A stretch of 64,000 nt of DNA, taken from positions 10,168,001 through 10,232,000 of the forward strand of contig CM022679.1 in the NCBI GenBank assembly GCA_012295275.1. Reading direction: 5' to 3'. Positions 14,535-27,900 of the stretch are shown one piece after another. Source of the stretch: Chrysomallon squamiferum (lineage: Eukaryota > Animalia > Mollusca). A program made the translations under genes and the position numbers. The notes under the pieces are model-generated. The model saw only the letters and a program-made list of their open reading frames with translations. It was not told the DNA's origin and did no database searches. The first letter of the stretch is position 1. Every line of letters starts with the position of its first letter.

Positions 14535-15092
14535 ACATGAAAACCTTTACAGAATATACTGTGATGAAAGATTACAAAAACTGGGATCTTTTTTATTATA
14601 CAGAATATGATGTGATGAATGCTTAGAAAAAGCTTTTATATTATACCCAATGTACTCAGATGAAAACTTACAAAAACTGAAAGCTTTTGCATTATACACA
14701 AAATACTATGATGAAAGTTTTATATTATGCAGAATATGTGATGATGAAAGCTTACAAAAAAGGTTTTATATTATACACAATATACTGTGATGAAAGCTTT
14801 TATGTTTGCAGACTATATTGTGATGAAAACTTACAAGAACTTTTATATTATATAGAATTTACTGTCATGAAAGCTTACATACTGGAAACTTTTATTATTA
14901 TACACAATATACTGCGATGAAAACTTTTATATTATGCAGAATATTGTGATGAAAGCTTACAAAAACTGAAACTTTTGGTAAAATACAGAGCAGCGTTTAT
15001 ATTAAATACAGAATAATCTGTTGTGACGAAAACTTACAAAAACTGAACAATTCTTAATTACAACACTGAACATACTGTGATGAAAGCTAACA
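14535..15092. repeat. Degenerate minisatellite (30-50 bp units: TTTTATATTATACAGAATATACTGTGATGAAAGCTTACAAAAACTGAAAC)
   Basis: About 13 recurrences of GATGAAA(G/A)CTT with variable linkers. Confidence 0.88.
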
Positions 15093-16097
15093 AATGCGTA
15101 AAATGATTTGCTAAATAAACTTTAACTCTTTTTTTTTCACCCCTCTGTCATGAAGGCACCACTGTGTTAGCCAGGTTTAACTAGCTTCTGGTGTGAGTAG
15201 AACAGACAGGCCTGCTATTAGCTGACAATTCTGTTTAAACATCCACCATCTGTCAGCAATCAGCGATAACAGTTTCAAATTAGAAACACAAGTTGATCTT
15301 ATCGGCAGCCAACAAATACATTATTAAACTGACATCAGCCCTGGAAAACACTTGTCTGTGATGTTACATAACACAAGTGTGATCCATCTGGGTTCCTGAA
15401 GAGTTGTTGTTTTTTGTTTTATCTTTCTTATTATTATTATTGTGTGTGTGTGTGTGTGTGTTATGTTTGTGTGCACACACAGATACATGCTCACCCACAC
15501 AGAAACACAAATACATATGCATGTATTGCGTTATTCATGTAACATTTGTCATGTATTTTTATCAGATATTAAATCTCATGATCTTTATATAGCCAACTGT
15601 ATATTTTTTTTTTATCATATTACAGATTAAATCAATATAAATAAATATCACATCATTTTTTTTTTTTTTTCACCTGACACTAAGTTTAATCAAGAATTTT
15701 TAAAGTCTTGTGAAATTAGCTCAACTTCAGTTTTCAATAGCATTAATTCTCGTGTGAATTATATTGTTTATTTTTATTTTATTTTATTTTATTTTATTTT
15801 ATTTTATTTTATTTATATTTTATTTTTTTTTTTATTTTATTTATTTTTTTTTACTTTTTTGAGGGTCTATTTTGCCAGATTTTGTATGGAACAATAACTC
15901 ATACTAAAAATAATTATTGAGATAAAATGATGATAATTATTATTGCAAAATACAGATGGATCCATCAGATTATTTCTAATTAAAACAAATAAGAGATAAC
16001 ATGTATTGACCTCATCTGATAAAATACCGTATTCTTCAGGTTGTACAATGGTACAACACATATTCAACATCCAGACCATAGCTGTAGAAATATATAT

Positions 16098-16139
<42 letters not shown>

Positions 16140-16570
16140 ATATTTGGTGCATCATAAATTTGTGTGCATGACTGCGTGTTATGATTTTATCACTAAACGA
16201 AATCATAAAAATATTTTAAGCTTCAATAGTTTTATGACAGAATATAGAAAATGGTGGATAATTACTATCATGTTTTGTTTTTTTTCCATTCTGTACATTT
16301 ATTTCAGAGAAAGAAATTAATTACTTCACACCAGCTTGACTGACTACGAAAAGCTAAAGGGCAAAAAGTTAACCAACAAATTATGATTTTTTTTAATCAA
16401 AGATCAAGTTGACAACAATAAATGACATTTTCTATTATTGTTCCTGGGTGTTTGAGGACGTTTTACATCTGAGTGATAACAATAAGCTTTGCTGCTAAAG
16501 GATACGTGTAATTTTTATGTGATCTTTGTAATATAAATAAATTTTAACAACTGTTTGTATGTGGGTGTTC

Positions 16571-16574
<4 letters not shown>

Positions 16575-16615
<41 letters not shown>

Positions 16616-16860
16616 TTTCTCTCTCTCCTCTCTCTTTCTTTTTCTTCTCTTTCTTTCTTCTCTTTTTATTTTTCTTCTCTTTTCTTTTTCATTTAATCTT
16701 TGTTCATCCCCATATCCCTCTTCCATTCCCCTTCCCCTCCTCCTTTTTTTCTTTTTTTTCCTTCTTCCTTTTCCTCCTTTTTTTCTTTTCTTTCTTTCCT
16801 TCCCATTTTTTCTCCCATTTTTTTTTCATTTTCATCTCTTTTTTTTTCTTTTTTTTTCCC
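16575..16860. repeat. (CT)n plus long polypyrimidine tract
   Basis: Seen directly. Confidence 0.9.
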
Positions 16861-17634
16861 CATAGAGACATCAGTTTAAGTTACAACTATTTACTTTCAG
16901 TTCAATTTATTATACAGCTTATTCTCATGGGGAACATTAGGTGACTTCAGCTCATATCAATTTACTTAAAATGCCTATTCCTAATTTTCTTTTTTTTAAA
17001 GCATTTTTTAAAAATAATTTTTAATATTTCTAATTTAATTACAATTTCATTCGTATTTATCTGTTTTAACAATTCCTTTTTTTTTTTTTTACCCCTCTCT
17101 CTTCTAAATATAACATTTTCAAAGTATTAAAGAATTGAAAAATTCCAGGAAAATGTAGTGCAAACATCAACAACAAAAAAAAACCCAGTTCTTATTAAGT
17201 AAACATACAGCATAACAATTTTGAGAAAAAAAACCAAAACACAGAATTTGAATATTAAGTTGAAGAATTCACAGTTTCAGGAAAAAGCAGATGTTACGTG
17301 CATTCCATTTTGTTTTTTTTCTTTTCTGAAAAAAAATTTTTTTTTTTTTTTTTTCATTGTAATTAAACTCACATCATCTTCAAAATGTTACCTATGAAAA
17401 TGATGGTCCTTCCATTGCCTGATATCATCTCTCTGGCTCTGTTGTATTCCATATCTATCAAGCTGAGTTTTGCTACTTTTCTGCAGACTTGATTTAAAGG
17501 ATATATCATATATTATATAACAATTAATCAACGTCTTGCTGCAGAAAAAAAATGAGCATTCTCTGCAAACACAGATATATCACATTCATTTACATAAATG
17601 TTATGCAGGCTAAAAATAATTTAATTTTACTTAC

Positions 17635-17686
17635 CCATCAGAGTCTTGAAAATTAATGTTGAGCTTCTTGTTATTTCCCATGATTT
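17635..17686 (-). CDS. CASKIN: Caskin coding exon 2
   Basis: 52 nt, long U-tract + tttcag|AA...GG|gtaagt. Translates (K)IMGNNKKLNINFQDSD(G), matching Caskin KLLGSTKKINVNFQDPDG. Phases 1 and 2 fit exons 1 and 3. Confidence 0.93.
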
Positions 17687-17826
17687 CTGAAATGAAAAAA
17701 AAAAAAAAAAAAAATGAAAAATTAAATAAATAAAAAATATGTACACAAGCACAACACACAGACGATTTCTGAAAAAAAAATAAAATAAAATAAAATAATA
17801 AATGAAAAATAAATAAAAATATAGAT

Positions 17827-17879
<53 letters not shown>

Positions 17880-20710
17880 GACTGACAGACTGACAGAGTA
17901 CCTGAATAGTAAGAGAGGTACGCCAGTGCAATTTTAATATATTAATATATGTGCATAAATATTAGAAATGATTTTTAAATGAAGACACTTTTATACACGG
18001 TATAGGTGTGGTACTGTTATGAAATGAAAAATGCAGGTGACATACAGGTGATATAAACATGATTTATTCATGTGCAAATGCACTGGTATATATTATGATA
18101 CAACGGAGATGTGGTGCATATATATACTAAGGTATTAAAGTGTATTGAAATGCTAGATGGTATTTTATACCACACACACACAAATATATATCCATGTATC
18201 TATATACACACACACACACACACACATATATATACACACACATTCGTATATTTACATACATAAACTACAAACTAATATATAAACACTAAAATGCATACAC
18301 ACACATGTGTATTTGTGTGTATAGACATACACAAGGTACTGTGTAGGTGTTTACTGCTATACTCTATCAATGTATATTTATGGAGGTGTTATGAAAATTT
18401 CATTCAACAACACATACATCTGCTGCCATGTGAATCATGTTTTGCCACACAAATAAAAATAAATAAAACACGTAGGATCTCAACAACATTATCCTAAAAA
18501 AAACACTGGAGACTGTAACATATCGATGTGATGATATGAGGAATGGTGACATACTGCCGATATATTTATTATCTATATAAATATATACATTCACAACCAC
18601 ACCCACTCACCCCCCCACATTTTTGTTTATAAATTTAATTCTTTACTAAAGAACGTCAATATCAGAACCCCAAACCATATCAACAAAGGCAACAAAGAAA
18701 CAAAAAACAACAACAACAAATAACATCTGACATCAAGAAAGACATTACCCCTAACAACTGCCATTATGAACACCAAAACAAAACAACACAAACAGATTTA
18801 CGGCCCAAACTGTAACTTTCTTAAAAAAAAAAAAAAATTACAGGTAGCTGTGAATCACATTATTGTGTATTGTCGGTGTGTATTTCCAGGTGTTTTTATC
18901 AACAGCAACACCTTTCTTTTTGTGTCCAGATTCCACATTCAGCTCTGACTTCAGAAAGTAAAGCCACACACTGGCTGGCTACCTGGCAGGTAAAGGTAAA
19001 CAAAAAGCACCTGTTTGTAATGTGCATGTTCAAAGCATGTTGTACATGCCTCTTGTACATGCAGAAATGTGGCCAGTGACATGATTATGTCCATGTAAAT
19101 AGTTCTCTTGTTTCCAGCTACTGTTTTGAAGGAACACACACACACACAGACAAACATACACCTTTAAGTGTGAATATATGCAGACACATATTAGATATAT
19201 ATGCAGACACACATTAGATATACACACACACACACGTAGGCACAGGTATGTAAACACACTAAGGTTAAATATATGTATATAAATATGAAAATAATCCAAA
19301 AATAAAAAAATGACATCAAAATTCTAAATATTATTATTAAAGAAACCTTTATGCCATTGTTATGTAGTACAACCCAAAACAAAATCTTCAGTCATAAATA
19401 GTAAATGGTTATATTAATTAGTGAAGATTTAAAAAAAAAAAACGGTTCAAATATTTTATATTGATTATTAACAAAGAAACAAAATTACAAGGATGAACTT
19501 CACTAGGGTGGTCTTAAGAACAATTTTTATCAACTTCTATCAAAATAAATAAAAAATGATTTTGATAGTAAGGTGCATGTAAAAATGCTAGCAAACTTAC
19601 TGAGTTACAGAAGTAAAATAAACAAATAAATCAGCATCTAATCTGTTACTTGTTTTTACCCAAGTTTAACTTGACTTGTAACCTATGTAAATTTTTCTAT
19701 TTATGACACTGAAAGATTTATTTAAAACATTTATAAAACAACTAAAATCAGTGTATTACTTAATTCTGATTTGTATGTTTCTATATTATACTAGTACTAC
19801 TCCTGTCAAATGAATAAATAAATAAAATATATTTCAAAAAATTTGTTTAAGTTAAAAATATATCAGTGATAAAGTTGATTTTGTTTTTTGTTTTTAAATC
19901 ATAGACATCCTTATCTGTAACTTTATATGCATTACAAGTTTGTTATTAGAAGCATAAGTTTACAATTTTGTTTATTTTATTTATTTATTTTTATTTTTTT
20001 ATTTTTTTTTTTTTTATTTTTTTTTTTTTTTTTTTTTTTTTTTTGACAAATTTAAAGTCATCACACATGGAGTTATCTGATACACTCTGAAAAATAATAA
20101 AATAAATAAAACATAATTTTAAGAATGTATTAAAAAATGTTTAAAAAAAACAAAAATAAAAAAAAATAAAATAAATAAACTAGATAAAACGAAATGTAAT
20201 AAAAAAAAAAAATTCAAAGTTAAAAAACATTTTAAAAAATAAATAAAATAAAATAAAATAAAACAAGGCAAAAAATAAAATAAAATAAACTAATGATAAA
20301 AATTAATTTAAAAAAAAAAAAAAAAAAAAAAATTGATATTTCAGCACAAATTTGCCTCATAACCTTCCTGGCTTTTATCCAATAAAATTATTCATATCAT
20401 CACATACTTACATGTTCATGAAAAAAAAAAAAAAAAAAAAAAAAAAAATAATTTTTTTTTATCTATTATCTATAAATATATTATCTACCTTACATGTCAC
20501 AATTTTTACAGTATGAATTTATGATGAGACTGTTCTTCAGGAGAGCACAGATATAAGTTTCTTGTTTACTGTAACATCAGAACTAGCAGATAATAGCCAT
20601 GGAAATTTGGAAAATGAGTTTCAAGGGACGGACATCACAAGATGAAGTTTATCACAAAATGAAGGAGATAAACAATTCCATGTTTTGTTGGATTCATTGC
20701 TAATCTTGTT

Positions 20711-20774
20711 AGTCTGAATTGTGAAGGAAGACACACTATGAGTCTGAATTGTGAAGGAAGACACACTATGAGTC
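20711..20774. repeat. Perfect 30-bp tandem duplication
   Basis: AGTCTGAATTGTGAAGGAAGACACACTATG x2. Confidence 0.95.
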
Positions 20775-20958
20775 TTTTGGTAAACAAACTGGTGAAATGT
20801 ATAGTGTAGATAGATAGTGGTTAAAGAAAAAAAAAAAAAAAAACTTTCAAGAAATAAAAAATAATAATAATAATAATGGTAATTTAGTAGTAGTAATAAA
20901 GCGGTATTAGAAATAGTAGTAGTAGTAGTAAAATAAAATAACAGTAATAACAATATTA

Positions 20959-21000
<42 letters not shown>

Positions 21001-23424
21001 TATAACAATAATAATAATAATAATAATAATATAATCATCATCTTATAAACAACAACAATGATAAGAAATGTAAGTAAAACACACCAAAAATACCCCCAAC
21101 AAATAACAAAAAACCAACATACCGAGTATATTGAAGAGGAAGATTATATACATACTTGATATTAGCCAATCTCTTCCTGTCCTAATGACCTTTCTAAAGT
21201 GTCCACTTTCTTTAGTGTCTACTAAGCTTTCACCTGAGTTTTCTGCTACTAACTTGTTACAAAAGGACTTATTTCAATTTTAGCTAGATTAAATGGATCA
21301 ACACTGATTTGACAAAAACCTCTTGATTAGCTGGACTAAATTAGTAATGATCATTTAATAACAATACCCATCATAAAAACAGTTATTTCTTTTGACAGAA
21401 AATTTTGAATATTAACCAATTAGCAATAAAATATATTTTATATGCACCTTCCCATAGACTGGGGAATACAAAAAAATAAAAATATGGCCTCTGGTTAGCA
21501 GAGATGCACTAACAGGAAACAGTCCATTAGGTGCTCTGACAAGGATTGATCCGGCGAGCTATCAATTTTCAATTAAGTTCTACCAGAGCCACGCTTCATT
21601 CCCAGGTAGATGGAGGTGTAATTTACATGATGAATTATTTACTGAGTTTCCACATGAGACAAATGAATGCACGGTTTCAAGCTACACCTGTGTATGAGCG
21701 ATTTGAATGTGAAATTACAGCATCATAATCAGTTATACCTAAAAACAGAACATCCGGGTCTGTTTGGCTTAATGGTTTTGTTGTTTTTTTGGTTGTTTTT
21801 TTTTGTTGTTGTTTTTTTCATTAACAAATTGACCATAAAATGTCATTTTCGATAATCACTGAAAATATCAACTTACAAAGTGCTCGTTTTCAAACCATGT
21901 TATTAATTTGTATTTTTGTACATTTTGGCACAAAAAAAAAAAGAAAAAAAAAAAAAAAAAAAAAAAAAAGACGTTGTCTTCATTTCCTTTATCATTTATC
22001 AAAATCTATCACAAGATGTTCGTTTCAACGCTACCTCATGGATCTGTTTCATGCAATGGATTTAATTAACTATTAACTGTAACCAAAAAAAAAGAGAAAA
22101 AACCAGATCCTCCTGCATGCAATTAACTAATTAATATCCACATCACTTCATCTTCTGTGATTGATGCAGCCTGTGTTAAACATTCCCATGTTTTGATGAA
22201 TTTTCCATAATATGAGACTCAGATCTTCTGAACTGTGTGTACTGCAGTATTGTGGGAGTAATGTGGCAAAAACCACAGGATGTTCTTGTCAAACCAAAAG
22301 GAAAATGTCAAAATAGATTCAGTATTTACGAAAGGTACAGAAGGTAGTTTATAAAAAAACAAAATGAATGAATTAGTTTGACAGGAATAAATATTATTTA
22401 TAAGCAAATGTCACTGGCATTGTGAGTCTTTGCCAAAAAAAAAAAAAAAATAATTAAAGTTCTGGTATTACTGATTTCCTGTTTTTGCCAAAAATAAATG
22501 ATTAATTATCAACTGATTTGAAGTTTATCTTTGTTAAAGTATCTGTGTTTGGTAGTAACAGGAGCAAAGTAATTTTAATTACATGAGATATCATGAGTTT
22601 AAGAAAGACAGGCAGGAAGAGAAAAAAAGAAAATAAGAAGGTATAACCAGAAAGAGAGAGAGAGAGAGAGAGATTAAGTCTGAAAACATACTTTTAATAA
22701 ATTTTAAACAAACAAATTATAATGAAAATTACAAATTTATTTACATCTTTCAAAAAGAAATAAAATAAAATTTCATTCAAATTTTCTCACTTCCTTCAAT
22801 TTTATTCTTTTTAAATACTTAAAAAAAAATAAACCAACAAGAAAAAAAAAAAGAGATAAATAATCTATTTTCCAATGAGACATATTTTTATTCTTCAAAA
22901 CAGTTTAACATTTTCTTAACAAACAGTAACCAAATATTTAAAAAAAAATGCATGGAAATAATTTCAACCACTTTGTAGGGATGAAGTGAATAGTTTCCTG
23001 AAAAACTTCCCGAAGACACTTGAACCTTGGTCTGACAAGAGAAGAAAAAACTGGCTGATTGTCTAACAGAGTGAGTAAACACTTTTACAAATGTTAAACA
23101 AACAGCAAGTAGGAAGGCATTTGAATCAGAATGCAGACAACAGGAACCACTGGCAAACACGTGGCAGAAAATATTTCCTAATATCAATATGGAATCATTT
23201 TGCAAAAAAGAACGAAATGTTTAAATTCGAAAAGAGGATGAAAAAAATAAAATTATTAGTGAAAGTGCACGAATTTGTTTAACAAGCTTAGCTATTTTTT
23301 GAACTGATCTGCAAAAGCACTGTATTGCATTAAAATATGAAATAGTAACAAATTCAGTTGTATAATCCATTTCTCTAATATTAATATATAAGCATTAGGT
23401 ATTCTTCAACTAGTAAGCAATGCA

Positions 23425-23676
23425 TATATATGTGTGGGGGGGGGCAGATTTACCCCAAATTATCAGGGCAAATCTGGCCCCTGAAAACAATTTTGAATCT
23501 GATTCCCATTTCAAAAGTATAAGCACTATGCATGCAGTGTTTGTGTATTTTGAAGCAGAAATGCATACACTACACATTATTCACTCCATTTTGTTGTTTT
23601 CTTTTGTCTGTGAATCTGTAGGCGAGGGTTAAATGGAAAAAGAGGGCCTAGAATTAACCCCACCTTACCCTATATA
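23425..23676. mobile_element. Possible degenerate non-autonomous DNA transposon (MITE)
   Basis: G-rich left end and AATTAACCCCACCTTACCCTA right end within TA runs; internal inverted repeat GGGGCAGATTTACCC...GGGCAAATCTGGCCCC. Confidence 0.35.
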
Positions 23677-24102
23677 TCAGTATCTGAAAACACATCTCCA
23701 TTAAACATTTTAAAAATTGAAAATAAAATAAAAAATAAATTTAATGATACATTAACTAAAGTTTACAGGGCATAAGTAACCTGCGCGTGTACATGCACAA
23801 ACACATTCACTCACTTCTGGCGTAACTGTTGAGTATTGATATTCTCTTTAAGATACACCTGTGACTAACATAAATTACATGCATATTTATTTATCTGTAT
23901 AATGACTGTGGGCAATTTTGATAAATGAGAATGTTTACACGTTATTCTACATAAATCTGCCATATTTTAATAGTGTTGATTAAAATAATAAATAGAATAA
24001 CTACCTTATCTTCTGTTGTGATGTAACTATCCTAATTTTCCCTTCTTTTTTTTTTCTTTTTCGGGGGGGTATAAAATTACTTGTAGTTTTAAAATTCCTT
24101 CC

Positions 24103-24148
<46 letters not shown>

Positions 24149-24638
24149 CTCTCGTTCTCTCTCTTTTTCTGACTCCTCTAAAGAAAAAATTATACCAAAC
24201 TTCCCAGTGACTATTTCCACCATGTTATTTTCAATTAGAATCTTTTTGGATACTGTTCATAAAGGTCAGGGGTCAAGAGATGGAAATAAAAAGAAAGAAA
24301 ACAACAAAGCAGATAAAAAGTTCAAGAAAGGTCAAGGATTTTTCAAAAAGAGGATTATATTTGGGTATTAAATAAAGTAAATAGGTAGAGGTCACTTGTA
24401 GGGGGGTTGTTTGTGGGGGGAGGAGTAACCTGAAGTGTCAAGTTAATACAGGCTGTGTGTGTATTAAAATCAGTATTGAACATTTTAAAGAATCCTGTTT
24501 TTCTTAAATAGTACTTAAGCACTGTAAAAAAATATATATATATATTCTATATATGCATTAGAGTGTAAAACAGACTTTATAAATTTTACACACCAAACAG
24601 ACATACACACAATGCAGCCCATCTCTTCATGTCATATT

Positions 24639-24644
<6 letters not shown>

Positions 24645-24682
<38 letters not shown>

Positions 24683-24746
24683 CTTCTTCTCTCTGAATCT
24701 AGTTCTTTCACTCTTATACTATTTTGTCTCTCTCTCTCTTTCTCTC

Positions 24747-24830
<84 letters not shown>
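24645..24830. repeat. (AC)n and (CT)n microsatellites
   Basis: Seen directly. Confidence 0.92.
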
Positions 24831-24898
24831 ATTCTTTCTCTTGTAAATTAAAAAAAAAAAAGGAATTAGTTATATACTATAGAGGTAACTGAAAGGAA

Positions 24899-24941
<43 letters not shown>

Positions 24942-27900
24942 AAAATTTAAAATAAAAAAATTATTAAATCAATACAGAATTGGAAAAGAAGACATGTATT
25001 ATATATACATAAACAAGTTATAAAATGAAAGGATAAAATATGGGATACAATCAGTATACCAGTGTTTACACACTCAAAGTAAACCTACCCTGAACTTCTG
25101 TCCCAGTGAAAGAACTGTTAACACAGTAAGAGGCATTTTGTACTTGTTAACAAAGGGACTACACTGAGCTTTACACTACAACATTTTAAATATTAATTAG
25201 ACTCAGCTACATTACAAGCTTTTAACTAAGGCTTGCTGAATTTTTAATAAGGCTACATTTCTGATACACATCTGTTGTGACAGCATCATATTTAACAACA
25301 TCCACTATTGTTATTAAAAGGTTATTGTTTTCAGATAATCTAAATAGTTTTTGAAATGTTTACTGCACTATTTTCAACATGTATCAATGAAAATATATTT
25401 TTATACTGAAATATAAATATAAAGAAATTACTTATCAAATATAAAATTTATTATCAAAAAAGTATGAAATATCTGGAAAATATTTCTATTTTAGTAAATA
25501 AAAGCAGGAACCAAATTATTTTTTTTTTTAAATTTACCTTTCTTTATCTGTGCTTATCTTTATATTATATGGACAGAGCCAGAGAGATAAACAGACAGGA
25601 AGAAGGATAGATATTGACAGATACATGGATACATTTACACACAGACTGATATAGTGACAGATACAAGACCCAGACACACATACATATATACTTCTTTATT
25701 TATATAAGAAAAATTATTTTTTAAATGTTTCGTGTATTTTCTTTATTTATAATATAATTAGTTTCTTTTACTAGAATACAAATCATTCTTTAGTATTAAT
25801 ATTTTCAGCTGATGAATGGCACATATAAAACATTTACCTACAACTGATAAAAACCTCTATTCTTTACCTCTGAACACACACCTACATCAGTTACCTATAC
25901 ATCACCACCAAAAGACATTTCACAAAGATTAACATCCGTACAGAAAGATACTACTGATGATGCGGAAACGATGTTGAGAGGGCTGGAGAATGGGAGTCTG
26001 TGTTGTCATGCCACTTGTAACGGCGGCATGATTAGCTGTATTAAAAGGCAGACTGGGCTTTCTGTGTAAACACAAGAGTGCCAGGACATTAGACAAACGT
26101 TTGTTTTCACAACATACAGAGCAAGCAGTCTGTTCTGAGATGGCTGGATGGCTGGATGGCATGCAGGGGATGCTGAGTTATGTGTGAACAACACAGATAT
26201 GCAGGCTGATTGCCATTGCACCGTGACAGACTCTTAGATGAGACATGCAGATATGTGTGTGTGTGTGTGTGTGTATGTGTGTGTGTGTCTGCGGTGCGAT
26301 TCAGAAATGATAAGGTTCTGGTTAAGTTCATCAGCATCTCAAGAATTTGAACTTTTATTTTTATTTTTTTTTTATTATTTTTTTTTTTTTTTTGGAACAC
26401 TGAGATTTAATTTAAATTTCATATGGATATTCAATATTTTAATATTAAATTTTTATTTTTATTTTTTTTTTTCTTTGACAAAATAAATAACTGATGTTTG
26501 GTTTGTTGTATATTTGTATTAGGGTACGGTTAAATATTCATTTATTTTTCCATACTTCCATTTACATACATATTCATATAAAAAATACACACAATCACAT
26601 AATTAGCACATACTAAATGTAAGTAAAATTAAGCTTTCTGAAAAACTGTATATTGTAAGAGGCCGGCCTATGTAATTATCAGGTATTATAACACACTGCG
26701 TCATGAGCCAACCTGTTCATTTAACACATTGCAATTATTCACTGTTCTGCATGTTCATCGAGTATTACGATCTGATCAGATGTAATCAAAACGGCTCACA
26801 GAAATAAGCTCTATTATTACGCGCGTATGAGTGGCTTGCACAATAAGCTCCGTAATGCCAAATCAGAGATCGCACACACATCACTGCACACAACACCACT
26901 GATCAAAGGGACAAAGTTCTTTCAACAAAACGACAGTCACCTTATGAAAACGGATCATAATAATAATAATAATATAAAAAAAAAAATGAAAAAAAAATAA
27001 AAAAGATTATATCCCCCATACTCTTTTATCTGGAAGTGTTCCAACACCTAACCCAGGCAATGTGCTTATTACTTCCAAACACTTAACCAAATACAAAAGT
27101 CAAACTGCCAGTAACAGATAATGAAGGCAAGTGTGGTGGAATGATATTGTGCCTGTGTTAAACTCATGTAAACTACTTCAGTATACTGAGTGCCTTACAC
27201 TTAAACACGAGTAGCCACTTGAGAGAGATTAAAAGTTGCAGATGAATTTTTTTTTTTCATCCAAAAGACCAAATCTGTGATTGACATATGATAATTACTG
27301 ATGCTGTTTATCACATTTTTTTTTTTTGCTAAAACTACGTCTATAAATGATTTGCACAGTTTAGCATTGTTTTACTTTAACTGTTTGAAAGTTATTTTTT
27401 AAGAAACAAATTCCTATCAGTAATGTGCCTAGATATGCTATTTGCTTATTAATAATGGCTCAAATGATTAATTATTTTTCTGTAATCACACTCTTGCAGT
27501 TAACATGTTGTTTTTACAAGTGTTCTTTCAAAATGACCAAAATTAATCTGTGCTATATGATTTGGTTTTCAGTCAAGATCCAACTGTAATATTATTTTTT
27601 TCTCATGGATTAAACAACAACAAAAAATTACTAATATTCTTTAGCAATTCTTTAGCTAAATGTTATCTTCTTGTTAACAAGTTCATCTTATATTCAAAAA
27701 TAAGTATTATCCATTATACAATTTAGCAAATTGTTGTAACATAAACATATTCCAAATCAATATGTACATAACAGTCAACTCGAAGACTGTTTCCATTATG
27801 ATAATTTAGAAATACACTACAGTCAGGAAGTATTAGTTTAACAGCCAGCTAGGGTTAGGTAAGGTTATTTTAATTTGTATCCATAAACCATAGATGAAGT

